This document shows, piece after piece, positions 27,522 to 40,088 of a stretch of 64,000 nt of DNA (position 1 is the stretch's first letter; each line of letters starts with the position of its first letter). The stretch lies in NCBI GenBank assembly GCA_001643675.2, contig LSRY02000028.1:1157068-1221067 (forward strand), in the 5' to 3' direction. The stretch is from Monocercomonoides exilis PA203. Lineage: Eukaryota > Protista > Preaxostyla. A program made the position numbers and the translations under genes. The notes under the pieces are model-generated. The model saw only the letters and a list, made by a program, of their open reading frames with translations. It had not been told where the DNA came from and did not search any database.

Positions 27522-30500
27522 ATGCCAAAACAAGCAGATAAAAAGAACAAAAACCATCCCAAGAAGACAGATGCTCCTAGAGTACGTCCACCATTGCATT
27601 TGAAGAAGAAGAAGAAAACAAAGAGTTATTTGTCCACTATTCTCATCTCTGCTGCTGTAATTGGTGGATTAATTGTTTTTCCTACATTGTCAAAAAAATA
27701 TAATAGTAAAAAGGATGATGATTTAGATGATTTTGTTCCTCAGGGACCATCTAGAAATGGAGACGACATATTTCAAAAAGCCATGAACAATATGCAATCT
27801 GGAAACAATTTTGATTTATACTTCGATGGAAAACAATTGGCAAGAGTGGAACGCAATTCATCTCGATCTTTATTTGTCCAATTTCAAAGCAATTTTGCTG
27901 CAGATGATCTTAATTCAGCGTATGTTTTTGCCAAAATAATGGAAAGAGAACTTCATGGCGAACTTCCAGTGGATGAAATTATCGCAGATGTTAAAATGCA
28001 AATGAAATCAAAACAAAAACGTAATGAAAATCTCTGTCGTTACTTTTCAAGTTATCCAAAATCGGAAGTAATTCGAGATTATGATGGAGTTCTTCCACTG
28101 AATGCGATGACCGAGTTATCTTTTGACAATCAAAAGCTAAAAGAGCAACAAGATAAAGTTGATGCGTTGATTCACACACTTATAAATGAAGACCATAACG
28201 AAAGAAATCGATTGAGGAGCCCACTTAAAGACATGCAGAAAAGCATATTGCCTCACCGTAGTTCGCTCGGAGGAGATATAAAAAATTTATTAAACACGAA
28301 TGAGATCAACGAAATGGAGAAACAGCAGAGAGAATGGACAAAGATAAACATGAAGGAGTTTGTGGAGATGACTCTGATCCCAACACCAGAAAATGCTGGG
28401 TTCACAAAATGGGCACAATGGCGCGACAGACGAAATGGAAAGGAAATCGAAGTGGACGACGAGTTCCACTTGCGTTTTGTGCATTTTGATGACGAAGATA
28501 ACATGCTGAATGCAACTGAAGAACTTGACGGGATTGTCGGGCTTCCGCGCTTCGGGAAGAAAGAGCCATCGGAGATGCAGCGCTGGCTGGTGGCGCAGAC
28601 TGCAGTGGAGATGAGCACGACGATGGCGATGATTGGGCCACTGGAGGGCAGCACGAAGGAACTGGTGACGCAGTGGCTGATGAAGCTGGGAAGCAGCAAA
28701 AACACGACACAGAGACGATTTTCTGCGAGCCAGATGGAACTGTTGATTGAGTCCGCTGTTTCAAAGGAGGCAGAAATAGCAGAGAAGGAAAGAGAAAGAA
28801 GGTTTGAAGAGATGCTCAGCAGGCAGGACGACTATGATGCTCGCTGGAAAACACTGAGAGAAAAGGAAATTGACGCGGAAAAGACGAAAGAGAAAAAAGA
28901 ATACAAAACGAATAACAAAAAAGAAATGGAAGAAGAAGAAATCGACGAAGACATATCCATGAAAGGAAACGACGAAGATGAACAACAAGAAGAAAATAAA
29001 TTAAATAGAACAGTTGAGCAGTTCACAAATGCTGAACTGGATGTCGAAGAAAACATTACACCCGAAATAATCTCAGAGCGAAACAAGCGAGTGATGACAG
29101 CTGAAGAAAGAGCAAAGGAAGATTTGATTCAAACAGAGCGACGAAAAACAGAGCTTCTGCAGAGACACCGTCTGTTGATGCTATTGGAGCCACGATTTGT
29201 GGTGGATGAGCTGATTGATTGCTACAATGCAATTGTGATGGCTGTTAATGAAGTGTCAGTAAGATCCGTGGAAGTTGAAGAAGAAACAGATAAAACTTGG
29301 GAGGAATGGAAGGCAAAAGAAAGAAAAAGAGACAACGGAATACCGCCATCACCAGAAAAGATATCGAAACTTCTGTTTAAAAAGGCTGTGAGAGACGGAA
29401 AGATAAGTGAGCCTTTGCCAGAGAAGCAGGAGTTTAATGCTGAAAGCAAAACAAAAGAATTGACTGAACAACAAACAGAATCGACAGAACAGATGATGAG
29501 TAATGCGAATCATCAAAAACATGAGCAAGATGCTGAAAAAGGAAAAGACGACGAATTAAAGGAGGAAACATTTGTTGATGAAGAAGAGCTCAAAGCGACT
29601 GAGAAAGAAAAGAAAGAGAAAGAGAAAGAAGAAGACGAAGAATTGTTCAGCCAGTTTATGGTAGATGCACCAAATGCAGAGGATCCTTCCATTGACTCTA
29701 TTTTGATTCACGAGCCATATCCAAAGGAAGAGCCAAAGGGACTGAATAGAGTATTGACCAAATCGTTTATGATTGATGTGCACAATGTTCTGACTCGTAC
29801 ATCGCTGTTTGCAAATGAATATGATCCAGCAAGCAACGAGTCAGGAATATTCAAAGTGGATCGTGGTAGATGGAAATCCAGCTGCAATGACGTCTTTGTA
29901 GATTTTGACGAAGTTCTGAAAGAAGAGAAAGGCCACCCGAGTTTACAAAACAGTGAAAAGATGCTGAAACTGAAGAGGAGCTGCCCTCCTCAGAATGTGG
30001 ACGAAGCAGTTGGAACTCTTTTGAAAGAAACAAGGAAAATGCTGCATGCTCTAAAATCTGGAAGCGATTCTTCGCTTTCTGCATCAGCTGTTGCAGCGTG
30101 GTTTGTTGATCGTTTTCTGCTCATCCGCCCCTTCCATACGCACAACGAAGCAGTGTGCCAAGTGATTGTCTCTGCCATTTTGATGCATTGTGGACTTCTT
30201 CCATTTTCTCCCAGCGATCCTTCACTTCCACTCTATTCAAACACAACATGCCCCACCATTTCATTTCACCTAAATCGTGCTTTGCTTGCAGCTGATACTA
30301 CTCATTCCCTTCTGCCTCTCTGCTCACTTATAATGGTGTGCCAGCAAAGACTTGCTGTCTCTGCTCTTTCTGCAGAAGATTCTCCACTAATGCTTGCATC
30401 TGCTCCAGTTCGAAAATTTGAGTTTTCAGATGAAGAAAAGTCACTAATAAAGGAAATGCAACAATACAGAGATCAAATGCAGTCAATTGCAGCAAATGAA

Positions 30501-31037
30501 ATCGATTCATTTTTATTACGTCACAATAGCATCGAAAGGAATGAAGAATGCTTTTATTCAAAGGAATTCGACGAAATACAAATTGACTCAAAAACAGGGA
30601 AACATGTGGAATTAGCTGAACAACTAAAGAAAAGCCAATTTCCGTCTCCATTTTACAAGACCCATTCTTCCAATGAAGAAAATGCAAAGAAAAACAATCA
30701 AACATTTGAAGAAGATTCAATCGGATGGAGTTACGCTGCTGTTCATTGCAAGTTTAATTCAGATAACAATATGAAGTCAAATTCTAGTTCTTTGTCTTCA
30801 AGCCAAAATGTTTCGTATTCTCTTGTATTCCAAACAAATCTTCCAATGCCACTTTTAAAACAAAGATGCTTAATAGCACGGGCTTCTATTTGTTCTGAAG
30901 GGAATCCGAGCAAACTACGTGAGATTTCAAACCCTTTTGTTTACAGACATTCATCAAAAGAAAATGAAATGAGCAATCAAATAGAAAAATACAAAAAATG
31001 GATTAAAAATGCGTTTGCTGATGTCTTTGGAGAGTAA
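27522..31037 (+). CDS. 1171-aa single-exon protein with an N-terminal transmembrane segment and a degenerate Fic/Fido-like domain
   Basis: Basic N-terminus followed by hydrophobic ILISAAVIGGLIVFPTL. Fic-like segments LTKSFMIDVHNVL, CPPQNVDEAVGTLL and AAWFVDRFLLIRPFHTHNEAVCQVIVSAIL (canonical motif HPFxDGNGR). Confidence 0.65.
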   Translation: MPKQADKKNKNHPKKTDAPRVRPPLHLKKKKKTKSYLSTILISAAVIGGLIVFPTLSKKYNSKKDDDLDDFVPQGPSRNGDDIFQKAMNNMQSGNNFDLYFDGKQLARVERNSSRSLFVQFQSNFAADDLNSAYVFAKIMERELHGELPVDEIIADVKMQMKSKQKRNENLCRYFSSYPKSEVIRDYDGVLPLNAMTELSFDNQKLKEQQDKVDALIHTLINEDHNERNRLRSPLKDMQKSILPHRSSLGGDIKNLLNTNEINEMEKQQREWTKINMKEFVEMTLIPTPENAGFTKWAQWRDRRNGKEIEVDDEFHLRFVHFDDEDNMLNATEELDGIVGLPRFGKKEPSEMQRWLVAQTAVEMSTTMAMIGPLEGSTKELVTQWLMKLGSSKNTTQRRFSASQMELLIESAVSKEAEIAEKERERRFEEMLSRQDDYDARWKTLREKEIDAEKTKEKKEYKTNNKKEMEEEEIDEDISMKGNDEDEQQEENKLNRTVEQFTNAELDVEENITPEIISERNKRVMTAEERAKEDLIQTERRKTELLQRHRLLMLLEPRFVVDELIDCYNAIVMAVNEVSVRSVEVEEETDKTWEEWKAKERKRDNGIPPSPEKISKLLFKKAVRDGKISEPLPEKQEFNAESKTKELTEQQTESTEQMMSNANHQKHEQDAEKGKDDELKEETFVDEEELKATEKEKKEKEKEEDEELFSQFMVDAPNAEDPSIDSILIHEPYPKEEPKGLNRVLTKSFMIDVHNVLTRTSLFANEYDPASNESGIFKVDRGRWKSSCNDVFVDFDEVLKEEKGHPSLQNSEKMLKLKRSCPPQNVDEAVGTLLKETRKMLHALKSGSDSSLSASAVAAWFVDRFLLIRPFHTHNEAVCQVIVSAILMHCGLLPFSPSDPSLPLYSNTTCPTISFHLNRALLAADTTHSLLPLCSLIMVCQQRLAVSALSAEDSPLMLASAPVRKFEFSDEEKSLIKEMQQYRDQMQSIAANEIDSFLLRHNSIERNEECFYSKEFDEIQIDSKTGKHVELAEQLKKSQFPSPFYKTHSSNEENAKKNNQTFEEDSIGWSYAAVHCKFNSDNNMKSNSSSLSSSQNVSYSLVFQTNLPMPLLKQRCLIARASICSEGNPSKLREISNPFVYRHSSKENEMSNQIEKYKKWIKNAFADVFGE

Positions 31038-31266
31038 TTTTATTTTCATTTCCAATATATTTTTTATGAAATTCATTTGATTACAAATGTTTTTATGTTT
31101 GAAATGAACGCAGATTATTGAGATGAAGTAAGGGTTTAAAGTTTTTTTTTATAATTTCAATTTTTGCTACGTTTCAAGGAGATATTTATTCAAACAAAAT
31201 TTGATAGAGATCAATTTATTTATTGTAATGTTCTCTTTAAATGAAAATAAAAATTTAGAACCGTCA

Positions 31267-33679
31267 ATGTCCCGTTATGATGAAGAAGTATTATGACTTT
31301 CATAAAATTTTAATTAAAGCGTTTTTGATGTATTTAATACGAAACGAGAATGTAAAGAAAAAGTTTCAAGGGAAATCTATATCTCAAAGTACCCAAGACC
31401 TTGACCAAGAAAAAAGAACACAATATGAAACAGAACATGCTCTTTTGCGTCAGAAAATTCGAGTATGCGAAGTTTATGTTTTTGTTGGATTTTAAGTTTT
31501 CTATTTTAATCATAGGAAAATCAACTTCTTCGAAAAGAAAGAAAAGATGCACAATTTCAACAGTATTTTAATGACTTAATTAATGAGCGCTCTTCGTTTA
31601 TTCCACACGTAATTCGTTGTGTTGGAGGAAAAGATTTGACAACGGTGCAGCGAGAATCAGTTTACGTTATTTTATTTGTTTTTATTAAAGTTTTTAAATT
31701 AATTTTTTTTTATAAAAACAGTCTCTTCTGCAGGAGTGGGAATCACAAGTTTTTCAACGGACAACAAGCAACATTGAAAAGGCCATCGAAAAGAACATTT
31801 CGGATCTGAAACGTAAAAAAAGAGAAGCATATGAAAATTTTTTAATTTCTTCTACAACCCTTCGCGGAAGCAGTCAATTTGACAGATCTTCATCTGCTCT
31901 TTCCAACACATCATTTGGTCGTTCAGATTTAACTGATTCAGAAAAAAGAAGAAGTCCTACCGCAGCGAGCATGATGTCATATTCTCTGTCCCCATTTTCT
32001 TCCACACCTGCTCCTTCCTCATCGACTTTTCATGTTAGATGCCGTTCTCCAATCACAACTTCTGTAACTCGGGCAACCGCAGCGAGACCTTTGGATCCTC
32101 TTTCGATAGAAGCAGATGAATGCAGAGAACTTTCTGAGCAGCTGTTTTCTAAAAAACAGGAGCCATTTCGTTTGTCTTATCCTCTCGTTAACCCAAAAAC
32201 ACCAGGTGCTTCTTCACGAATCAAAAAAAAGACAGATTCAAGTTCCTCACCGTTGGTCTTCAAAGGCTCAACAGATGCTCGACCAACACTCATCAATTTT
32301 GATGACAGTAGAAAAAGTTCGAGTTCTTTACAATCAACAGACGATTCACATTTTGTAACTGGTTCTGAACCAGGCGTTTCATCATCATCTTCTAGTCATT
32401 CTCGTTCTGCATCGCTTTCTTCTCAAGCAATACTCGGAAAGACAACTTCCTCTTCTTCAGAATCAGCTTTTTCAGCATCAGCATCAATGCCAATCCACCG
32501 AATGCATTCAAAATATATTCCTGTTTCTCCTTCATCCCCTCTCTTCTCTGCCATCCCATCTACTGTCCCTGGCCTTCGTCGCTCGTTTGTTCTTCCCCCA
32601 TTGATTGCATTGCCAACAAACGAAGAAACGCTTGTCAGACAGAGACAGAAACAGCGAAAAATTGCAAGAGAAAGCAAAAAATGGAGCGCTGCAAGTAATC
32701 AGGTTGCGGCTGAAGAGAAACTAGAAAATAATCAACATGACGAAACGGTGGGAGCGTTTGAAAGAAAGAAAGAAGATGATTTTAAGCCAATTAGGATGGA
32801 AGACGAATGGGAAAAGGAATTTTTCAAATCTCGCAGCGCAGACCACATTCAAAAGAAACGACAGAATCAAAATGTGTCTTCACTTTCACTGGATAAGTCA
32901 GCTCTTCTTTCTTCACCAGCTGCACTTTCCAGAACAGTGAAAAGCCAATCATCAATGAGCAGATCATTCGAGCAAGTGCAGAGATCAGCTTCTCCTGTAC
33001 TGTCGCTTCCTCTGAATGCTGCGAAGGAGACTTCAGTGCGCGTACCAGAGACTTCCCAGTATGGTTCATCACCAATTCCTTCAACAACACTCGTGTCAAC
33101 AGCTGCTCTTGTACTTACACCTTCACAAATCCGCTCGTCTTTTTCATATAAATCCCCATCCTCTCTACGTTCTTCATCAGCTTTTAGTTCAGGCTCTTCT
33201 GTTTCTTCCTCATCTACTTTTTCGCATTCAGCAGTTAATGAAACAAGAACTACCTCTTCTGCATTATCTCCCTCACGTTCAAGCTCTCCATTCAGACAAA
33301 CAATTGACCATCGGCTTTGGGATAAACTTGCGGATACACCATCATTTCGTTCTGATAATCCTCCAATGAGAAGAGGCGCTCAGCCAAAGTTCAACAGGCA
33401 TGCGAGAGTAGTATTTGAACAATGCATTTCATTATATTTGCATCAATTTTCTTAAATCTTTGGTTTTTCGCAATTCATTCATCTTTGCTATTTCTCTCTT
33501 GAATTTTTATGGCTGATCTTTTTTTATTCAGTGATTCATGTGTTCAAAATACACTGGACGAGTTGCACGCTCCTTCAAACATCGAAGCTTCTTCGACTTT
33601 CTGGGGGAAGCAAGGGGTGCACACATACGGAGATTTAGCTTGCAGAAAAGATCATCTTGCATCTATTCAACCAGATTGA
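31267..33679 (+). CDS. Multi-exon Ser-rich protein of unknown function
   Basis: ATG at 31267, short exons, a long open exon from ~31720 to 33408 and a final exon ending ...LASIQPD-TGA at 33679. Exon boundaries are approximate. Confidence 0.5.
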
Positions 33680-34384
33680 AGACTAATTTCATAAAAAAAA
33701 TGAAATTAAGATTATGTAATGTTTGTTTTAATAAAGTTTTTTTTTTTTTTTTGAAAACGTATCAGATTCAAGCTGAAAGAAATTTATATAAAATATAAAA
33801 GCGATTGAAATATTATAGTATTAAAAATTTCAATTTTCTGTTGTTTAATGTTTATTTTTGAACTTTTTAATTTTATTTTATTTCGAATTGTTTCGTTTCG
33901 TCTGAATTTTTAAAAGTTAATAAAATGGTTAAAACAATTTTTTATTCTGAATATTTCGTTGAAAAAAAATCTTCCTAAAATATTTTAAATGCTGAAATCT
34001 TTTTGCGCATCAAAACGCATTGTATTGTTATATTCAAATCGATAGAAATTTCTTTCTTGTCTCAACAGTTAATTATCGCTGTGATAATTAATAATTTGAC
34101 TGCAATTATGATTGCTTGAAAGAAGATACGTGCTTTTTCATTTGTCAGTTTCATCTATTATTCAAATAAATGTCAGAATAATTTTTATTTCATTGTGTTA
34201 GAAATTACTGACGTTTTTAGAAATGACAATTATTCTGAAAATGAGAAATAATTTTTTGCAATTAGATGATGTTGGAGTTTGAGTCAAATAAATACATGTT
34301 AAAAATAATCTCAGAAGCAAACGTGAGAAATAATGAAAAAGAGGAGAAAAATTAATGTTACAAAATTCTTTGCATATAATATAC

Positions 34385-35905
34385 TTAAATGTTCACAAAA
34401 TAATCCACAATATTTGTTGAAAAAGACATATAAAATTTATTGTTAAAAAATTCAAATGTTTCATGAAAGCTGGTGATGATATCTTCATATCCTTCTTCTT
34501 CGATCCGATCAAAAACCTCCTTTTTTATTGTCTTCCTTTCCACCTCGTCAATTTCACAATCCTCATCTTCTTCCAATCTTCTGAATTGCCAGTAACAGAT
34601 TATTGAGCAATTCCATGCAACTACATCTTCTAATGTTGATTGCTGAATTTCTTCCAAAATCAGACCAAAAACACCTCCTTTCGTAAAGCAATCAGTGCTA
34701 ACAGTTGTAAGAGATGCCATGTCATGAAAAAGAGAAATGCAATTCCTGAATGTTTCTCTTACATTCTCTCTTGCAGACTTGCACACCGTCACAAGGGAAT
34801 GAATCAGTTCAACACATTCCTCTCTCCAATTTCCGAAATACACAAATAACTCTTTAATTGTCCGGATCCACTTCTCTATCGCAATAACTTCTTTCATTCT
34901 TTTCGTCTCTTCAGCTTTCCTTCTCCAATTTGCACGCTTTGACAACTCTTCCAACTCTCTCGCTGCCTCTCGCACAAAATGTAGCTCATTCACGATCACT
35001 TCTTCCAAACTTCTTTCAAAGATAAATCTGATTATCAGAAACTGCCAAGCTGATTGATATGCAAATTGCGTCAGATTTCTATGCTCCTGATGATATTTGA
35101 TTATTTCTTCAATATCTTTCAAAAACAATTCTTTTTCAACATGCTTTTAAAATAAAATAAAAATGAAAACAATAAATTAAAAAAATTATCCAAAAAAGCT
35201 CGTACCACGTCAACACTTATTTCACCCAAAGCTAATAACGCCATTTCCACTTCTTTTTGCGTTTCTTCCGTTTCAATTTTGTTCAACGCAACTTTCAACA
35301 GGCAAGATACGCATATTGAAGTCATTTCCTTTGACAATTTGCAGTAATAATGACGAAGAAAAAGATAGCTTTCGCAAAGATCGACAAAAAACTTTTCTCT
35401 CTCTCTTTCTTTTTTCCGATCTTCCTCAAGGATCAGTTTCTCAAATCTTTTGCCCAGTGAAGAATTATCGAAACTGTAATTCTGAATTTCTTTCATAACT
35501 TTACAGTACCCAATGTGCTTCAGAAGCACAAGAGTATTTTCAAGTGACATTTTCTGTTTTTCAATCGTTTCGTTCAGTTCATTGAACAGTTCTGTTGAGA
35601 AAAATGAATCATATTCTTTTCTTTCCATTTCTTCCATAACTCCTTTCATTTCTTCAATTACATTCCTCTGCTCAGCTTCTATGCATTTAATTAGTTTATG
35701 GAACAAAACTTCAACAAACGTAATAAAAATTAAGCTCAACAAATTTATTTTTATGGAAAGTGAAAATATTCAAACAATAAAACTTTTCTGTCAAGGAAGC
35801 ATCTCCAAGTTCATCAGCAGATTTACGATCCAATAAGGCTTTCATTCTGTTTGTTAAGGAATGTATTTTGTACATTTGAAATTGTCCCAGAAAAAGCAAA
35901 ATCAT
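34385..35905 (-). CDS. Member of a lineage-specific multicopy alpha-helical E/K-rich protein family, about 3 exons
   Basis: ORFs 35119-35742 and 34385-35128 are joined by a T-rich intron and carry KEVEMALLAL and RIEEEGYEDIITSFHE. From memory these resemble an expanded Monocercomonoides hypothetical family (not verified). Confidence 0.55.
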
Positions 35906-36229
35906 TCAAATTGCAAACATCGTTGATGCAAAACAATATGAAAAATAAACTTCAAACCCAATAACTTTGCGAAATAAAATGAAATTCTAAAGATACTTTT
36001 TCAAATCCACGCAATTTGGACAAACAAGGCCAGAAGCACGATAATGTGGCTTTCTGATCGAACCATCAATTATTCAAATTAATATTCGATTTTTTATTTT
36101 CCAATTCGTTCCGAAACATAATGCAGATTTCTACTTGCTTTTAGAATTTTCATTTATTTTATCATCGAAAAACAGCTTTGCAGAAGTGAAAATGAAACCA
36201 ATGAGAAAAGAATTGAATAGTTAGAATTT

Positions 36230-37640
36230 ATCCCCTTCTTGCAAAGCGAACTCAAACTGCAAGCAAGGATTTGTAAAGTTTGAATGCTTGATATTTTTCA
36301 AAGTTAATTATTCTTTTGAGCATGATTTTTTTTTTTTTTTGAATTGTTTGAAAAGGATTGAGGGGCTTTTGAAGATGAAAGAAATGACAATCAGAGAATC
36401 AAAAAGCATAAAGTTAGCAAACTCATTTATGCCTCAATATTAAAGAATGTGATTCTAAAAAAAGGTGAATGACTGAAAGTCAAGCTCAAATGCCTCCTCT
36501 GTGAAAATGGAGTGAAAAGTTATGAAATGGATTTCTTGAAGATTGCGCGAGAGGATTATCTCCAATAAACAAGCAGCTGTGTTTCATGCTCAGTGGTGCA
36601 GCATCCTTCGAAGTTTATTTTTCTTTTCTTTGCGAAATTGCAACATCTTTACCTTCGAAGATTTCTTGCTTGCTGTTGAAAAATAATTGGAAATGAAAAA
36701 TGGCAAAGACTGTTTTGTTGCTTTGAATAAGCAGGAAACACATCGACATACCGCCTTCTGCTGAAGAAAGCAGTAATACGATTCATACGATTGTATTTAT
36801 TATTAATCCAGATATTGCTCCATCAGAAAGATGAGTGTGACAAATGCTCCGAGAATTCTTTTGAGCAGGCCCAATCTTTTTTGGGAGCCAAGAAACTCTT
36901 CGTTCAGCTTCAATGACATTCAATCAATATAATGGCTCAAGAACACAAAAGAGCACTCTTTCAACAGTTTCGCAATCTTTCATTCTTCAGCTTTCTAAGC
37001 CATATTCAAAAGAAAACTTAATTTTTTTCGCGTTATTGAACTGAAGCCACTTCGAACTGTTTGCATCATTACATTCACTGAGCACACATCCATTCACATT
37101 TTCTGCAGAAATAGCTGTTGAATTTAAAGAAAAATATCTTCTCCACATTTACCGTTCAAATTCTGAACATACATAAATTGGATTTATTATCTCTGAACTA
37201 TTCTTCTTTTTCTTCGAACACCCAATAAAAATGCCTTTTGTTTCAGTTCTGCTTTAATTAGATCATCTTTCCAACATCAGCGTTCATCTAATTTGCAATG
37301 ACTATTCATCCTTTTTGACAGAAAGAAAGAGAGAAATTGGAAGAGAAAATTGAGGCTACACCCGATCAAAGAGAGTAATTATATCAAAGGTTGTGATATA
37401 CATAGAAAAGCCAACTTCTTTCAAATCGCATATGCATTCATTATTTTTTGTTGTAATAGAACTATTTAAAGCAAAGAGAATTCACTTCTTCTTCAGTTTG
37501 TATTTTCAATTTTAGTTATTTTCCAACATCTTCTGATTATCCTTAGTGCTTGTTTCTCCGTCTGAATTAAAAATCTTCATCCCCTTTGACTCCACCACTT
37601 ATTAAAATACTTTTCTCAACTTCTTGTTGAACAAATGAAA
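36230..37640 (-). pseudogene. Probable degraded remnants of the same multicopy helical family
   Basis: Coding-like composition without a long ORF. A minus-strand fragment near 36.75 kb reads like MCFLLIQ/CVSCLLKVA, as in the neighbouring gene. Weak support. Confidence 0.3.
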
Positions 37641-38105
37641 ATGGAAAAAAAGATTAGTCACTAACGTTTGGTGTACCATCCAATGAGAAATAATTGATAA
37701 TTGAGGAAGGGATTTCATACAATTTTCAGTGGATACAATAATTATTATGATTAAAATTTATGTGTATAATAAAAGAATTTCAATTAAAACTATATTGCTC
37801 GAAAATTTACAATATATTTTCATTTGTTCAGAAATTAATTTATGGTATTAATTGATCAAAAATTTAAAAACATTGAAGAAGTTATGGGTTCAAATATATT
37901 TTAATGTGATTTCAAAATCGAAACAACTATTATGATGAGATCAAAAAGCTCAGAACAAAGACAAAAAAGCTGAAAATTGAAATTTAATAATACTCGTCTT
38001 TATTAGGTGAGAGGAAAATGGAGAAAGATTCTCTTGAACCAATGTTTTGATTTATAAACAAAAATTGAAAAAATTTAATCAAAAATATTTCTCAAGTGAA
38101 AATCA

Positions 38106-39559
38106 GGCAAAACCTGAAGATATGGGAACGCCTGGAATAAGTTTATTTCTGTTAATAATGTTTAATTATTTATTATTATGCAATTATAATCTCCAAAAAA
38201 CGTGCGGAAACTGGTCAAAAATATAATTTTTATTTTTTGAAAAAAGGTCATTTTCAAGTATTTATGGGTTTGATCAAACATTCATCAAATGTCTTTGTTT
38301 CACAGAATGTTCACAAAAACACCTATTTGTGAACTCAACGATATATTTTCGGATGAAATGGGTGCTTGGAAATGGTATTTCGGAAATGTGCTGGAAGGAG
38401 AAGCTCCAGAATGCAGACATGATAAATGCAAAATGATATTCACATCCGGAGGCAAATATTACAAATATTGGAGATGCGGAAAATGTGGCAAAAAACATTC
38501 AGTTTTTAAAAACACATCTTTGGAAAATTCAAAAATACCGCTGAGAAAGTTTTTGATGATTGTTTTGTATTATTACATTGGTATATCAGCCGCACACATT
38601 TGCGAACTGCTAGGAATAAGTGAAAACACAATACATTATTGGACGAGTGTTATCAGAGTCAGATGCACATCTATTTGGAACAAAAATCAAGCTGTCATAG
38701 GAGGGCCGGGAAGAATTGTGGAGATCGACGAAGCTGTTTGGAGGCGCAGAAAGTATGGGCGAGGGAAAAAGAAGAGACAAATTTGGATATTTGGAGCTGT
38801 GGAAAGGAAACCAGAGGGAGGTGCGGGGAAGAACTTCGTGATGATCGTGCCAAATATGAAGGCTGAGACATTGGTTCCAACAATGCGAGACAAAATTCTT
38901 CCTGGTACTCGGATTATGAGCGATGAATGGAAGGCTTATGCCAGATTGAAAGATTATGGTTACGCTCATGATACTGTCTGTCACAAGCGAGAATTCAAAA
39001 ACAAAATTACACATGCATGTACAAACACTGTCGAAGGTCTGTGGATGAATTTACGGAAATTTTTTCCAAGAACTGGATGCAGAGAAAAGTATCTTGGGGA
39101 CTATTTATCTATGTGGCTGGTCAGAAGAAATTTGCAAATTCAATTTGAGGAATTAATAAAGGAAATCGTCTTCGATTTAACGGAAAAAGAAAACGAATTG
39201 GATGAATCTGAAAGTGAAGAAAGTGACTCGACAGAATCAGAGCTAGAATCTGATATATAAGATGAAAATGACATTCTTCAAATGACAGAATTTGAAGAAT
39301 CAGATTCACTTGGAGCTGGGGACGGTGCAAGTGCATCAGAATTTGACCCCATGGAAGTTGATTAATTATTTATTATAAAAAATTATAATTTTTGAAAATT
39401 CATTCACCCATTTTTTCCTCAATTTTTCAATTTTTGTTTTTGACTTTTTTGTCAACTTCCGCACATCTCAGATGCATGAAAACATGATATATATTATTAA
39501 CATTCCTCATATATTATTTTCACCGAAAATAGGCCATTCCCATATAATGCGGTCTTGCC
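38106..39559 (+). mobile_element. Complete Merlin (IS1595/ISXO2-like) DNA transposon, 1454 bp
   Basis: Imperfect TIRs GGCAAAACCTGAAGATATGGGAA and (reverse complement) GGCAAGACCGCATTATATGGGAA, 18/23 identical. Perfect 8-bp TSD GAAAATCA at 38098-38105 and 39560-39567. Internal transposase ORF. Confidence 0.9.
38289..39260 (+). CDS. Merlin/IS1595-family DDE transposase
   Basis: N-terminal Cys-rich zinc ribbon (CRHDKC..WRCGKC), helix-turn-helix (AHICELLGISENTIHYW), VEIDE, WIFGAVER, IMSDEW, HDTVCH, TNTVEGLW. Confidence 0.92.
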   Translation: MSLFHRMFTKTPICELNDIFSDEMGAWKWYFGNVLEGEAPECRHDKCKMIFTSGGKYYKYWRCGKCGKKHSVFKNTSLENSKIPLRKFLMIVLYYYIGISAAHICELLGISENTIHYWTSVIRVRCTSIWNKNQAVIGGPGRIVEIDEAVWRRRKYGRGKKKRQIWIFGAVERKPEGGAGKNFVMIVPNMKAETLVPTMRDKILPGTRIMSDEWKAYARLKDYGYAHDTVCHKREFKNKITHACTNTVEGLWMNLRKFFPRTGCREKYLGDYLSMWLVRRNLQIQFEELIKEIVFDLTEKENELDESESEESDSTESELESDI

Positions 39560-40088
39560 GAAAATCACTACGCTTGCATTCAAACCAAGAAGTTTTTGAG
39601 GAATGCCAATTAATAATTAATCCATTTGGGTGATTATTTTTGAAATCATAACTTTTTTCAGGATATTTGTTTTTCAATAGTTGGTTGGCATTGGGAAGAG
39701 ATTTTTCATTCAAATAAAAGATTATCCCAACTGCTTTACAATAAATAAAATTGTTCAAATAAAGATGAAGAAATCTTTTCAACAAGCCTTTTTATTTTTC
39801 ATTGTTCTGTTGTTGTTAAAAAAGGAAAATTTTCGAACCGAAATATTTGAAAGAAAAAAATTTGATATCAAAAATAATTTGCCATTTATATTCAGAAAGA
39901 TAAAAAAAAATGAATTATCAAAATATTAGCAATTTATTTTTGAACCAATAATTTTTTTCAAAAATAGTTTTTTTGTAAATATTCTTATGACATAAGGTTT
40001 TTCCATTGAAAATTTACTAGCTTTTCCTTTCCATATACTGGCGCATCATAACTTTCACATCCCAAAAAATTCATTTTAAACATATATA

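Noticed and set aside
39258-39365. TAA read as Gln (alternative oxymonad genetic code) in the transposase
   Set aside because: Host and viral genes in this window terminate at TAA, and very long ORFs lack in-frame TAA/TAG, so the standard code applies.
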